A stretch of DNA of 64,000 nt from Haplodiscus bocki (GCA_965655095.1 OZ296650.1:80290001-80354000), one strand, 5' to 3'; positions 26,820 to 39,140 are shown, numbered from the stretch's first letter. The notes: a model not told the origin generated them from the sequence alone. Numbers and translations: made by a program.

Positions 26820-28000
26820 TCACACAAGCGGTCTCCTCACTCTACTTTCAGGGCCTGTCGGGACACCTGAATCTTGTTGCGATTCTTTTCGTGAACCATG
26901 GTCCACGTCTAAAGGTCGTTTGGATTCATAGTTGTCCACGGTTCTCTGTTCGTTCTTGATTTTTTCTGAATCATCGCCAGGTAACGTTTCAAAGGCGGTC
27001 AATTGCGGCAAAGGCTGGCGTTCATTACTCTCATCTCGTGATGCCTTTTCGATTTCCGACTCGGAGTCTTGCTCTACAATCTCTGGTAACTGGTAACGCC
27101 TAATTTCATTCTCGGGTCTCCCGGAGGTTTCGCGACAAACAAATCTATGTGGAGATAGCGCTGCTCTCCCAAAAATCATGGAGTACGGCGTCGCTCCGAT
27201 TGTTCGATGAACGGTGGTGTTTTACACAAAAGTAATTCAAGGCAAATACACAACGCACGCATATGGTTTTTCCGCGCAATAATTTGAAAGCGTACCGGCA
27301 AAAACTCTATCAAATCGGTCAACTTGCCCTATTCCTTGGGTGATACGGCGTAATTTTCGTTTTTCCAGTCATAAATTACGGCAAACGTTTTGCATTAATT
27401 CAGTAAAGAAACGCGACCCTTGATCAGTATGAATCACGTCCGGAGCTCCAAATTCCATTCTCCACTCGTCTATTATGGCGTTTGCCACCATTGCAGCCGT
27501 CATGTCCTGAAGTTCCACCGTTACTGGGTATTTCGAAAACAAATGACTCATAAGTCGGATGTATCTGGCCCTAGATGTTTTGCCTATAGTGACTGGTCCC
27601 AAAGTGTCGGCTGCCATAGTTCTAAACGCCCCATGGACAAAAAAGTTTGCAATTCCGCTTTCCGTTTATTGCCAGCGGTAGACCTGGCTGCACAACAATC
27701 ACAATTAGCTATTTGTTTTTACACTCGTTTCAAGTGTTGGCCACCAAAATATTTGTTTTGTCCCTGCTAAGTCTTTCTCGACGCCAAAATGTCCACCACT
27801 TGTTGGTGAATCAAACGATTGATACAATATCTCGTTTTTCATTTCTTTAGGAATAATTGGTTGGCAGCGTTCATTTACCCGGTTACTAGTTTTCCATTTT
27901 CTGTACAAAACTTCGTTAGATGACGCGAGATCCTCCGAATTACTCCAAAGTTCTAATGCTTCGAGGTTTTTCCAAGATAGGGCTTCCTCCTCGGAAATAG
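26820..28000 (-). pseudogene. Integrase (Zn finger plus DDE core), disrupted
   Basis: SFDSPTSGGHFG...FWWP, CDCC, ADTLGP...SHLFSKY, FGAPDVIHTDQGSRF, YHP, NTTVHRTIGATPYSMIFGR. Confidence 0.93.
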
Positions 28001-28239
28001 GGTTCGTTCCGAAAGTGAAATGGGAACCTTCTAAACTTGCACTATATCGTTCGAATATAAAATTTATCATCTTAAATGCGGAATCAGAAGGCTGTCTTTT
28101 CGCGAGTGTCGAACCGGGTCCACGAAATTCGTTCATTGCGCTTTTGGTCAACAACATTACCTGTGGAGTTATACTGCGCAATGATTTGGTTCGCTTGAGG
28201 TGTTTTCACGAGGATTGGATAAAATCGTGTTCTGTTTTG

Positions 28240-28660
28240 GGAGTAAATACAGTTAAAGTACAGTAAACATGTTAAAAAATCAACTCGAGACAAATAATAA
28301 CGTTTGTTCAATCTAATCGGTCATCTGCAACTCCGATTCGAGGCATTGGTAAACACGAAACAACTTTCAACGCTGCGTGCGCACTCAATTCTCTCAAACA
28401 CGATTTCAAGTCATCATACTTTGCAACAGCAGTGTACTTTTCTTTAGTCATCAATAAAAAGATATCTCACGGTTGCTCTCTGTCCCAATACACTAAAATT
28501 CCTCCGACACGATTGACAGAGTCGTCTCTCGGCCTGAAATGCGAATATCTAACAACAAATTCCGTCATTGGCAACGATTTTAATCGCATGTTGCCTGAGA
28601 CACAAAAAACCAAAGAATTGGACGTTTCCATTAAATTTCGCTTTGCATATTTCACTATTT
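28240..28660 (-). pseudogene. TARG1/OARD1 (Poa1p-like) macrodomain inside pol
   Basis: Single frame: IVKYAKRNLMETSNSLVFCVSGNMRLKSLPMTEFVVRYSHFRPRDDSVNRVGGILVYWDREQP*DIFLLMTKEKYTAVAKYDDLKSCLRELSAHAALKVVSCLPMPRIGVADDRLD*TNVIICLELIF*HVYCTLTVFT. It is colinear with the human OARD1 motifs as I recall them: YVKGDL, SLAHCIS, YYLITK, YENLQKSL, MPRIGCGLDRLQW, ITVYT. Confidence 0.85.
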
Positions 28661-29011
28661 CTCTCGGTGGATGCGGGATGTGCATTCTAGCGTGCACTAT
28701 TACGTCGGCTTCCTTCTTTTTCAAAGAAATACTGCTATTTGAATTGTCTTGAGCATCACCGAACACTTTTTCCGTGGTTTGAATTTCCAGGATTTGACCT
28801 CGCATCTCTTCTTCTTCGCCTCTTTTCCATTTTGGCTTCTCACATTGGGCCTTCTACTAAGTCCTTAGGCGTTACAATGTTTCTCTTCCGGCCTATGAAC
28901 TTTTCGGTATTTATATTCTTGCATCTTCTGAATAATTTGGAACGTCATTCCGTCGGCGTTTTGTCTGAATAGCCACTGAAGACTCGCTTGATTGTTCCTC
29001 ACTATATATTG

Positions 29012-30261
29012 TTATCCATAAATGTAAGGGCGCAACCATTGCATTGCTTGTATGATAGCTAGCGCTTCAGGTTTTGTTGTGGCGTAGTTCACTTCCGTTT
29101 TACTCAAGACTCTGGACTCAAAAGCTATCGGACGCTCTTCCCCATCGACTATTTGCGACAAAACAGCCCCGAGTGCCGTTTCACTTGCGTCTGTGTCAAT
29201 TTCAAAGGAGTGGTGGAAGTTTGGCAACGCTAAAATCGGAGCTTGCAACAATCTTGTTTTCAGGAACAGAAATGCATCTTCATGCTCTTTTTCCAACGTA
29301 AATTTTACTCCTTTCCTTGTCAATCTGTACAAGGCTTTGGCGACTTCTGCAAAAATTTTCACAAACTTTCGATAATAATCACAAAACACTGTGAGAGGTC
29401 TCACTTGGGTCACTGTTTTTGGACCTTCCCAGTCTCTGACTGCTTCCAGTTTCTGCGGATTTGGTCTAATGCCCGTTTTATTTAACACATGACCTTGATA
29501 ATTCACTTGAGTTTGTAACAAATCGCATTTCTTGGGCTTCAACTCTAATCCGGTTGCGCGCAGTTTTCGAAAAACTTTCTCTAGGTGTTCTAATTGTTCC
29601 GCTGGCGTCTCAATATGTACTAACAAATCATTCAAGAAAATTAGAACATGTTTAAAGAGGTCTTCTTTGAGATGTTCATTCATGAGTCGCTGAAAAGTCG
29701 CCGGCTCATTCGTCAATCCTAACGGCATTTTCAAAAATTCGTCAATATCACCCTCCGAGGTACAAAAAGCAGCTTTATTACGGTCCTTTTCCGCTACTGG
29801 CATTCGCCAATAGCCTTTGTCTAAATCAGGTGACGAAAAATATCCTGCGCTTTGCAATGCGTCTATCGTTTGTCCTATCCGCGGAAGAGGATACGTGTCC
29901 TTCGTTGTTATCTCATTCAACTTGCGATAATCAATACACATTCGATTCGTTCCGTCCTTTTTCGGGACCATTACGATTGGACTTCCGTTTGGACTTTTAC
30001 TAGGGACGTTGACCCCTTTGTCTAACTTTTCCTTGATTTCCTCCTGAGCTGCAGGCAATATATATGGAGTAACTTTGTAGGGAGCATTTGTGAAAATGGG
30101 TTGTCATTAGCATCTATAAAATGTTCCGTCTTTATCGCGGTTCGGAGAGTGTCTTCTGCGAGCGCAAAAACGTCGCGGTGTCTACCAATCAAGTTACTCA
30201 ACTTTTCTTTTATTTGACTGTTTGGCAAATCCGAGGCGACTAGCTCAACGATTCCGTTCAC
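29012..30261 (-). pseudogene. pol: Reverse transcriptase plus RNase H (Ty3/Gypsy), disrupted
   Basis: SPIVMVPKKDGTNRMCIDYRKLN, YPLPRI, DLDKGYW, MPLGLTNEPATFQRLM, IFLND (decayed F/YxDD), KPKKC, IDTDASETALGAVLSQ, IAFESRVL, NYATTKPEALAI. Confidence 0.97.
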
Positions 30262-30357
30262 ATCTCTATTATCTTTCTCTAGTACTTTATTAGAGACAAC
30301 TGGCTTTTCAATTTTGTCTCCGGTTTGGAGGACACAAGCCCTTTCGTTGGTCGGCGG

Positions 30358-30786
30358 TTACAAACTGTCTCCTACGTATAAGCGGACTGTCGTTTTGGCT
30401 TGATCTCTTATTCTAATCTTAAGAGTTTCGTTTTCAATGTCTACTCGACACTTAGTATCACACAGAAATTTCAGACCAATCAACACATGTGGGTACAACT
30501 TATCTACTACAATGAGTTCATTCGTACTTCCATGCTTTCCAAACGCAACTTCAGCTATCATTTTTCCATCTATAGGCATCAAATTCCCTATCGGGCCTAA
30601 CAAACGGTGCTGGTTTACGGGTTGTCCGACAAGGGACGCCTTGTGGCGGCTAATTAAACTAGTACTCGCGCCAATGTCTACTATGGCCCAACAGGGCAAG
30701 TCCTCAACTTCGCATTTTACCCATATTCTGGGGCTTTGTCTAAAATTTCCTGTAGCTACAACACTTGGTTGATCTGTACTTTTCAC
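30358..30786 (-). pseudogene. Retropepsin-like aspartic protease
   Basis: AIVDIGASTSLIS (D-T/S-G motif decayed to DIG) and HVLIGLKFL (ILG motif). Confidence 0.9.
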
Positions 30787-31109
30787 TTCAATTACAACGG
30801 GTTCGTTTCTTTGTTGGATCCTAAAGGATCAAGGTTCGGAGTAAACAGTTTGCGTTTCAAAGGAATGGTTTCGCGCAAAGCTTTTGACAGGGGGTTCTTA
30901 TTCAGGAAAAACGCCACTTGGGCCAAAATTTTCGTTCATTTGGTTCCAACTGGTGTTATAAACGTACCTCGACAAAAAAATCCGGCCGTAGCGGTTCTCT
31001 GAAATCTGCGACCTGTTTTTCTTTCGTTACGTGCTCTCGATCAGTAAATTGACTATTTTTTAGGGCTGGTTTTCATTTAGTGTAGCAGTTAGCTACTGTA
31101 GAGTCGGCT

Positions 31110-32520
31110 GAACCCAATTTAAATGATCGCTTTTAATCGTTCGTTTGGGACAGTCAAGCGCAAAATGCCCAACTTTTTTTACTTTCAAAACATTCAGTTC
31201 ACAAGAAAGATGGATTAGTTAGACGGACGCGAACGAATGACTTGTTTGGAGCGAAACGGGTACTCGAGTTTTGAGGTGGCTGATGTTGCGTATGTGTCTG
31301 TGGTAAGTGCCCAGAAGTGCTGCTGCGAGGACCACCAAGGACTCCCACCAACACTGTCTTCAGGTCATTCATCGATGTGGCCATCGCTGTTGTCATCACT
31401 GCCGGCACCTGCGTCATCGCTGCTGTTAGTTGTGAAAATTTGTCATTCATGCTCTTCATCAGCTGTTGAGTAGCGTGTCCCTGTCTTGCTACTGTTGCAT
31501 CCAATTTGTCCAGTCGATTCGCCACGGTGCCCAACGACGTGTCCAGGGCTGAGAAGTTCTATTCTATTTGACCGGGAGAGTTTGGAATGCTAGCTCTACC
31601 ATTTTGTCATGCTCCCAGTCATCGTAGGAAAATCGCACTCTGTCTGCTCGTGTTGTCTTGTCTCGCCGCTGTTCCACATCTCTTGCGTTTATCTGGATCA
31701 ATTCCAGTTCTTGTGAGCGCTGCAAAGTTTCACAAAAATAACAATTTGTTATATCTTCAAACAATTTTTGCTGGAGTCTCGAATCAGAAAGCCCTTCTAA
31801 AAACTGATCACGCCAATCCTTGTCTTTCTCTTCGAGGGTTTCTTCAGAGAGTGCTAAGTCATCTAGGTAACGGACGCTTACAAAATACTGTTTCAGGGAC
31901 CCATTTTTCTTCTGTCTAACTGATTTAAACTCTCTACGGGTTGCCCCAGGACTCCTATACTGTTGCATTTTTGGTTAAGGAATCTCTAACAAAGTTTCAA
32001 AAAATGGGGCTGCTTCCCCTGGTATTTTCTCAAAATATTTGCGTGGAACGGTCTCGAACTGTTCAACCGCTAACGTGGTTAAGCAAGCTGGGAGTGTTGT
32101 TACAGCTTACTCATCTGTCTAGCTGTTCACCTCAGCCACATATTTGTAATGTTTCAGCCATAACTCCCATCTGTTAAAGTCTTTCCCAGGGATTTTCTCT
32201 GGCTTGATAGGAGACTTCTCATAAACTGCTTTCTTTTTCCGGTGCCGCGCGCCTAGAGGTTCTGCAAAAATAGATTCCCCGCCATCGGAGCCACTTGTCG
32301 TACCCAGCTCCCGAAGTATGAACTGCAAAGCTTTCATCTGCATTCTCAAATCATGTGCTGCTGTTCTTTTGTCTTGTTTCTCTGCACACATGGAAGAAAA
32401 ACCAAAACCCAACTTACTCGATCCTGCCCGGGTATGCTTTTTCGAAACGTCATCGGGGTTCCCATTGACACCGGGGGATTCCTCTTGCTTGCAAGTCTGT
32501 GTTTCGTTGTCGTATATCAT
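31110..32520 (-). pseudogene. gag: gag (capsid-like domain plus decayed CCHC knuckle), disrupted
   Basis: PIKPEKIPGKDFNRWELWLKHY, EFKSVRQKKNGSLKQYF, RDQFLEGLSDSRLQQKL. A knuckle remnant CFES-KK-VGHFALDCP lies at ~31145-31195. Confidence 0.88.
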
Positions 32521-32582
32521 TACAATCGTAAAGGGATAAGGGAAGTTTCTCAATAACGGTATTAAATAAATCAAGAGTCAAT

Positions 32583-32601
32583 AGCCCACCTAAGAACGCC
32601 A
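32583..32601 (-). promoter_or_regulatory. Primer-binding site, tRNA-Asn-like
   Basis: Minus strand TGGCGTTCTTAGGTGGGCT lies 1 nt after the 5' LTR. Its complement AGCCCACCTAAGAACGCCA matches 16/19 positions of the vertebrate tRNA-Asn 3' end as I recall it (AGCCCACCCAGGGACGCCA). Confidence 0.75.
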
Positions 32602-32602
32602 C

Positions 32603-35545
32603 TGTAGAATGTTTAGGAATAAAACTTCCAAGTCGTTTAAACCGTGGCACCACTGTTCACGAGACGGGGAACAGGCTGAGATCCACAAAAAATTTATAAC
32701 TCCAAAATCAACCAAAGGGAAATTCAAATTCGGAGGCGGTGGGACTCTTCTGCAATATTTATGCCTAACTCTATAATTTTTAACGTTCAACTGAGAAGGG
32801 TGTCTCGTAGCTCAGGACTGTTGGTTTGAGAAATCAAAGTAATATGTTGTCTGGGAAATTACTCGATTTAGCTCGGTCAGTTTCTCTCAGACATATTTGT
32901 ACGGTTCTTAAATATAATAACAATAGAATGATAACGGTTAAAAAATTAGGAATGGCAAATATTACTATCGGTTCGTGTTCACACATCAAAAATTATCGAA
33001 TAAATATTTCAATAAAAACGTTACAGCAAGTAATAGCAGCAATTGATTTAAAGAAACCTAATACCACAACCTCACTTTGGTAGTCAGAAAATTTCTCACC
33101 ATTTCTCTTGGAATTGGATAAAACACCAAACCCAGAACTCGACATTTTTTGGAGGGATCTTCTAGTCTCACCAAACTCTCGAATAAAGAACTTATCGAAT
33201 CCAACAGTCCCGGACTGTTCAACAAAATTTTCTCAAAATGAACGGTTTCCCAGCTTCAGTCCTTGACTAGGTTGAAGAAAAAACAACAAACGGCTTGAAG
33301 CAAAGTAGAAAGTGCCCGGCAATTCAACTCACTTTTTTGGCAGCAATTAAGGACGCTCCTTTTGCCTATGGTCCTCTTCGTTTCGTACTTTTACCGCTAG
33401 GGCTATTTTCGGCCCTATTCTTATTCATCCGGTTAATCATATCCAATACTTTGCAGAATCACTTACCGATTTTCGTTGGTTATCTCGTTTATCGCACTTC
33501 GGTACAATAATAATCAGTTTTGGTACTCTTCCGTGTTTTTTTGTTTGGTTACATCAGATATGATTAATTGATTTTGGTTGTATCCACTAGCAAAATGGGG
33601 GTGTTAAAAATGATTAAGAAATTTCTCCTTCTTTCCCGTTGGTTTATGTCACCATGTTGGTTGACAGGCTCTTTCGGTCGATGTTTCTACTGTCATTTTG
33701 TGACGCGTGACCAATTACTTTGGAAAAGAGTGGTTAAAACATCTTCCCTATCCATTCCCATCATAATATCCATGCAAAAACATTTGTTCGAAAAAAGTTG
33801 TACTTTTTGTCTAAACTTTAATAGGTAATAGTGTCCATCATGAACGTCATAAAAATGAAATAAGCATGAATTTATACGCAACCTTCATTTTAGTTTTTGG
33901 CAATGTATGTTTTGTCATAGTTATTTTCAATACTCGTGGTCGGAAAATGCGATTTCCTGCAGGTACCCAAAATTCCTTATATTCCCTGTTATTTCCTGGG
34001 GATGGCTATGTCCTGTTAGTAAATCTGAGAAGGAGTCTTTCAACTGAAAGATGATCCCTGTAACTGGTCTCAAAAAAAAGTTATTCAATTTCCTGAAAAA
34101 AGTTCCGACTTTGATCTTTTTTGGCCACCTAGGTCCACCTTTAAAATCGATTTTCTCAACGTACATGTAGAATATCGAAAAATGTTCCGTCGGTTTTCTG
34201 AGGAAGGTTGTTAGGAAGATTTGAGCTTTGTATCTCTTCTTGCGGGGGGTGTAGCCGTTTTGCAAGTCAACTTTTTCCGAAATCCGTGATTTTAGCCAGC
34301 TGTAATTTTGTGGGGCGGCCATTTGTTGCTTGCTACATTTACGCTTTTGTTTATTTTCTTTCCTCCTATTGATATTTTTTTGATTGCTTGTATAGAAGTT
34401 GATTTCTTTGGCTATTCTTTGACTAATAATCAAAAAAGTTCGATTTTTGACAATTTCAGGCTGTTTTGGTCGTTTTTCGGCCATTTCTTCCTCAGTTCTC
34501 CAAAATGACTAAATCTACTCAATTCAGCTTTTCAGGGACATTAGTCCATTCAAATATTATCGGTTTAGGAAATTTGCGAGCCTTTTTTGTTGTGTGGTTC
34601 ACTCAGAAAAAATTTTTAACTGAAAAAATTCCACCAATTTCCGCAGTACACGTTTCGTTTGCAACATTTTTTTACTATCTTAACTTCGATTTGGCTCAAA
34701 TTCCAAGCGGAAGCTTTCCTATAGATGTAATTTACAATGGTGAAAACCGTTTGTGGATATCTTTTTTCTTCTTCGATGAATAAGGAAGCAAACAATGGGG
34801 ACCATTTAAAAAAAGCTCTAATTTTGAGCAGCGAAAGCGTAAGTATGCTATTACGTGGGGTGGTGGTGGCCGTGAGCGTGGTCAGGAATCACTCCAAAAT
34901 CACTTCTATTGTATTTTTTTTGTCTTTAAAACATTTTATTTCCACTCCGATTTTACTTTTATGCTATCCTAAAGTAGCTACTGAACTGTAATTTCACAAT
35001 TTTATCAATTTCCGGACCGTAATATATTTCCTTCTAATTTTTCGACAACTTCGAATTTTCAGACTGCTCTGAAAAACACCTAAATTGTTTGCCCTGCGAC
35101 CTAATCTTCATTGTTGGAATTCGTTTTGCTCTATCTATCACGGCCTTTGAAAAAATTGGCGTTAAATTTCGGATTCTGAATAGACCAAGTTTTAAATTTT
35201 ATGCTGCTGTTACTTTGCTGTGTTAATACACGTGACAAGGTCGTTCCAAAATAACTAATACTCGTTCCGCGGCTTGTTGTTATTCCAACGTAGTGCGTAT
35301 TTAGTTCAATATTCACTTTTCACGTACCCTTCTTACTGCTTAGTTTCACACAATTCACGTGCACTAACATAGCAAATACAGTTCTGCAAAAATGGCAAAT
35401 ATGATTGACTTTTATCTTAATTTCTGACCATCAACCTATTCTTAACTATTAAATACCTAACTTTAAACAGCAAATGAATGGCAGATAACATAGATCAAGG
35501 TTAAAATACTATTAAAACAAAAAAATGTGTGCTACAAATCCCACA
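32603..35545 (-). repeat. 5' LTR (2943 bp)
   Basis: The + strand reads TGTAGAAT...TCCCACA, followed by TSD AATCT; colinear with 20876-23817. Confidence 0.95.
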
Positions 35546-37390
35546 AATCTTCTTTCTGGTGCAACTGCAACTCTTCTTTAGCTTAATGCGCTTGTAAAGA
35601 TTTAAATTGACTGCGACATGTATTTGTATTGTCGTACAGTCAACCCTCGAATATCTCTCACTCTAATGACCTTCATTTTTATGAGCTTGTACTTTTTGCT
35701 CTGGTAAATAGACTCCAATCTCAATTCCACGTTTTCGACATTTAGACTACATTTGTTTTGCTTTCCGGATCATGTTTATAATCACTGATCCCGAAAAAAG
35801 CAAAAAGTGATCTAAGAAGTTTTTTTCGAAGTTTTCGCTAATTTTGGAAAAAATTCTAGCAAAATAATGTAATTTGGAGCTTTAAAGTTGCTGAAAACAG
35901 CCAATGTGTGTGTTTTTTTAGTTTTTTCGCATCTTCCTTTCTTAGCAGTTTTTCAGCGACTAGTTCACACTAAACAGATACAACACGCATTTGATAAAAT
36001 CATGAAAAACTTGAAAAAATTTGCCAGAAATGGGTGTGACGCGCTTATTTGTGAGCAAAAGCATCGGCTTTAGTGATTTTTTTCTTGATTGTCGCTTTCT
36101 TGATTGCCACGTCAGTTTTATGGCAACCAATCTGAGCAAAAATAAATTTTCAAAAAGTCTCTGATTTTTTGACAGTGTTAATAACGAAAATGAAGAACCA
36201 AATATAGTGCTCGTGAAATCAAGAGGTGTCCGTACAAATGATGAAATACACCAATCACGGGACGAAAACATACAAAACAAACAAAAACCAAGAATCACAT
36301 ATTTTCAAAACATCAGGATCGCCCCCTTAGAGTACCTGAGATATAGGGCAGCACCTTTCGGATTGTTTTTAAAGTTGGTATTTGTCTATGAAATTTTGAC
36401 TTAAAATTTGGCTCCTACTGAAACTGAATGGCATCGACGGTCACCTTTTATTGCTTAGTGGTCATCGGGGATCTAAGCTGATACGTACTATTTCCTTGGA
36501 GATTAATAAAAACCACATGACTTCCGAGAACACTCGGAGAAATCTAGAATATTTTCCCCCAACATGTACGTTAATGAACCGTGCATAGCACAATCATTAA
36601 AAGAGACTTCGAACGTGTCTGACTGTGGTCTTCTATGCGTTGAAACTGAAAATTGAATTTTAAAGGCGACCATCGAGAAAATGATGGAAGTTTATGCATT
36701 TTTCTGCAAAGCGTGCAAATTATTTTTCCTGGAAGACCGTGATTTGACAATGCCATGCAAACCTTTACTAATTCGTAATCATTTCTATTGATCAGAATAT
36801 TTGAAGCGATAAAAAAATTGGCCAAGATTAAACTATTTAGGGTTAAACCTTGTTTCATGTTCTACTGCATGCTATCCCGTAGCTAGATAAATTTTGAGTT
36901 TTACTTCAAGACAAATAGCAAATTGTAAGTTATTTATGTATATCAAAATTGCGTCTTATATGTGGTTGCGTGAAACCAAAAGTTTGCTGGTCAAAGCATA
37001 CCGACAAACGTTCAAATTTGAGCGAACACAATCATTCAGTATACATGCATTGATTAAATCGAGCACGCGTGTTTCACAAGAACAACCAGACACCAATTTT
37101 CTGAGAAGTGCGCGATGTCTGTGGAAAAGTGATGCTCTGAAAATATGTCGACAGATTGGACAAAAGCTTCAGTATCAATATCGTTAGTACAAAACTTTAG
37201 TGTAAATTATCTCCACGATAAGACCACAGGGATCTTTTCTCTTAACCCCCCCCCCCACCAATTGTAACGTGATTTTAACTACCCCCCCTCCCACGCAGCA
37301 GCGAACGCGTCTGTGATTGGTTAAAATTCGCTCGTGCCTGAGTTAAAACATTACACCGCTTATTACTTCGCGTATCCATTATGGCGTGCG

Positions 37391-37415
37391 TGTGTGTGTG
37401 TGTGTGTGTGTGTGT
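37391..37415. repeat. (TG)n microsatellite, ~12 units
   Basis: Read directly from the sequence; poly-C at ~37246-37257 and poly-G at ~37418-37425 lie nearby. Confidence 0.95.
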
Positions 37416-37584
37416 TTGGGGGGGGATTGTTAACAGAAAACATCGCACCACAGAAACAGTTTTGGAAGTTATTGAAATCCAATCCAGTTAATTAAAGCTG
37501 TTCTCGCCAAAAGTCAGGTGAAGGTACATTTATTTTTGTTCATTCAGCATCAAATTAAAATACCTCGTGATGAAACTTGGAATT

Positions 37585-37875
37585 TGTTGGGTGAGTTTTG
37601 CGGGGCTCCTGTTTCCCAGTCCAGTAAAGGTCCAGTATGTGGGTGGTGAGCACAAGAACTTGCCGTTGTGGTAGTTTCCGCTGCATTATCGTGAATCAAT
37701 TGGTTGAGCAACTAGGTATGTGTTGAGATCTGCTCATTAAGGGGTTCCAGGTTTGCGCTAATTCTTTCCTCAATAAGTTCGGGTGAGAACCGCTCGTTAT
37801 TTGCGTTGTTCTTTTCGGCGTCAACCTGTTCGGATGCGTTAGTCAAGTTATCTGCTTTTACGGAGATTTTAGCCT
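37585..37875 (-). pseudogene. Possible decayed Gag N-terminal/LTR-end remnant
   Basis: The minus frame reads ...ERFSPELIEERISANLEPLNEQISTHT*LLNQLIHDN...NSPN, a coiled-coil-like stretch with one stop. It ends AAC A| at a possible LTR terminus (TGTTGG on the + strand at 37585). Confidence 0.3.
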
Positions 37876-38439
37876 GTATAGTTTGCTTGTAACTTTCACA
37901 GCTTCCGAGAGTTCTGCTACTATGGGAAAAGCTTATGCAAGTATTGGCTATTTGAATTTTTGGTTTTCGTTGAGTCTTTTAGTATAATGTTAGTTAAAAA
38001 AAACTATGAGCGAAATTGACGTAAAGCGATGCATTCATTCACTGCTGGTGGATTTGATAATGTTTCTAGTTATCGCTGACGAAACTTAAGGTTATCGATG
38101 TAAGTTACAGCTAATGCGTAGGCGAAGTTAAAGAAAATGTACGTTCGTGGACGGATTTTTGTGGTCACGTGACTGATCGTAAGACGCATTTTTCACTATT
38201 CGTGAGCTCCTATTGGCTCGTTTTTTTTCGCGTTAATTAACTACCTGAAGAGTGAAACACAAATCCACAGCAAGATGGTCAAACTCATGAAATTTATGAA
38301 AAACTATTATGCTATTTTATGAAAAAACTGAATATGGTGGAGAATTTGTTTAAACTATGGAAAATAGGCTTTGCATATGGAATAGGAGTTGATTTTTCAA
38401 TTTTTACCTCATGCGGGCATGACCGTTTTCTTGGCAAGC

Positions 38440-39140
38440 CAAAGGTAGGTAGGTCCAAAGATCATAGAAGTAACAAATTACGGCCATCTCAGGGCCGTAT
38501 AAGTCGTCTCTGGACTTAGCTTCGGGCTGTAGTAAGTTATCTCGGAGCCCAGCTCTGGGCCTCAGTAAGTTACTTAAGATTTCTTAACTTTGAATTAATT
38601 GCACGTAGAATTCTTGCATAAGCGTCCGATAAATTACGCAATTCACGAAGTTATCAATCTGCCCAACGCAGGACGCTGGAACTGAACAAAAGCGTCTCCT
38701 TTATAGAAATGTTGACCCAATTTCAATGTGTCGAACTTTCAAACTGTTCAAAAGTATGAAATTTACCCTTCATTTCAAACTTTTCTGACTCATTTTGCCG
38801 GGAAATGGTCTCAAGAAACAATTTCTTTACCTCGTCCTTTTGAAAAAGATCATTTTTTTTCAGAAAACTCAGAAAACAGAAACACTAAGTTCGTCTGAAG
38901 TCTCTAAACAGTTGAGCTCAGAAAAAAATTCGATGAAAAAAGGAAAATTTCTTCTCTTGGTGGATAGAAAGTTACTCAATTTTGACTACGGTACAAAGAT
39001 AACTTAGTATCTGCCAACTCTGGGCCAGAGATGACTTACTAGCTTCTAGCTATGGGACAGAGCATCCTTAGCAAGTTCTTGCAAAGCATTTCATCACTGA
39101 CAGAGCTGGGTCCCTATCTGGACCGTAGTAAGTTTTTTCT
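38440..39140. repeat. Dispersed repeat with internal CGTAGTAAGTTA-like motifs (related to 505-985)
   Basis: GTAGTAAGTT/CAGTAAGTT recurs at ~38529, ~38563 and ~39125; similar to 505-985. Confidence 0.45.

Larger units (their letters stand above)
20876..35545 (-). mobile_element. Full-length, decayed env-bearing Ty3/Gypsy LTR retroelement (14.67 kb)
   Basis: Two ~2.94-kb direct repeats, each TG...CA; AATCT TSD at 20871-20875 and 35546-35550; PBS and PPT adjacent to the LTRs; order gag-PR-RT-RH-macro-IN-env on the minus strand. Confidence 0.97.

Noticed and set aside
37242-37433. TTAA-CCC...GGG-ATTG-TTAA resembling a piggyBac MITE
   Set aside because: The ends are homopolymer runs and the right TTAA is not adjacent to GGG, so support is insufficient.
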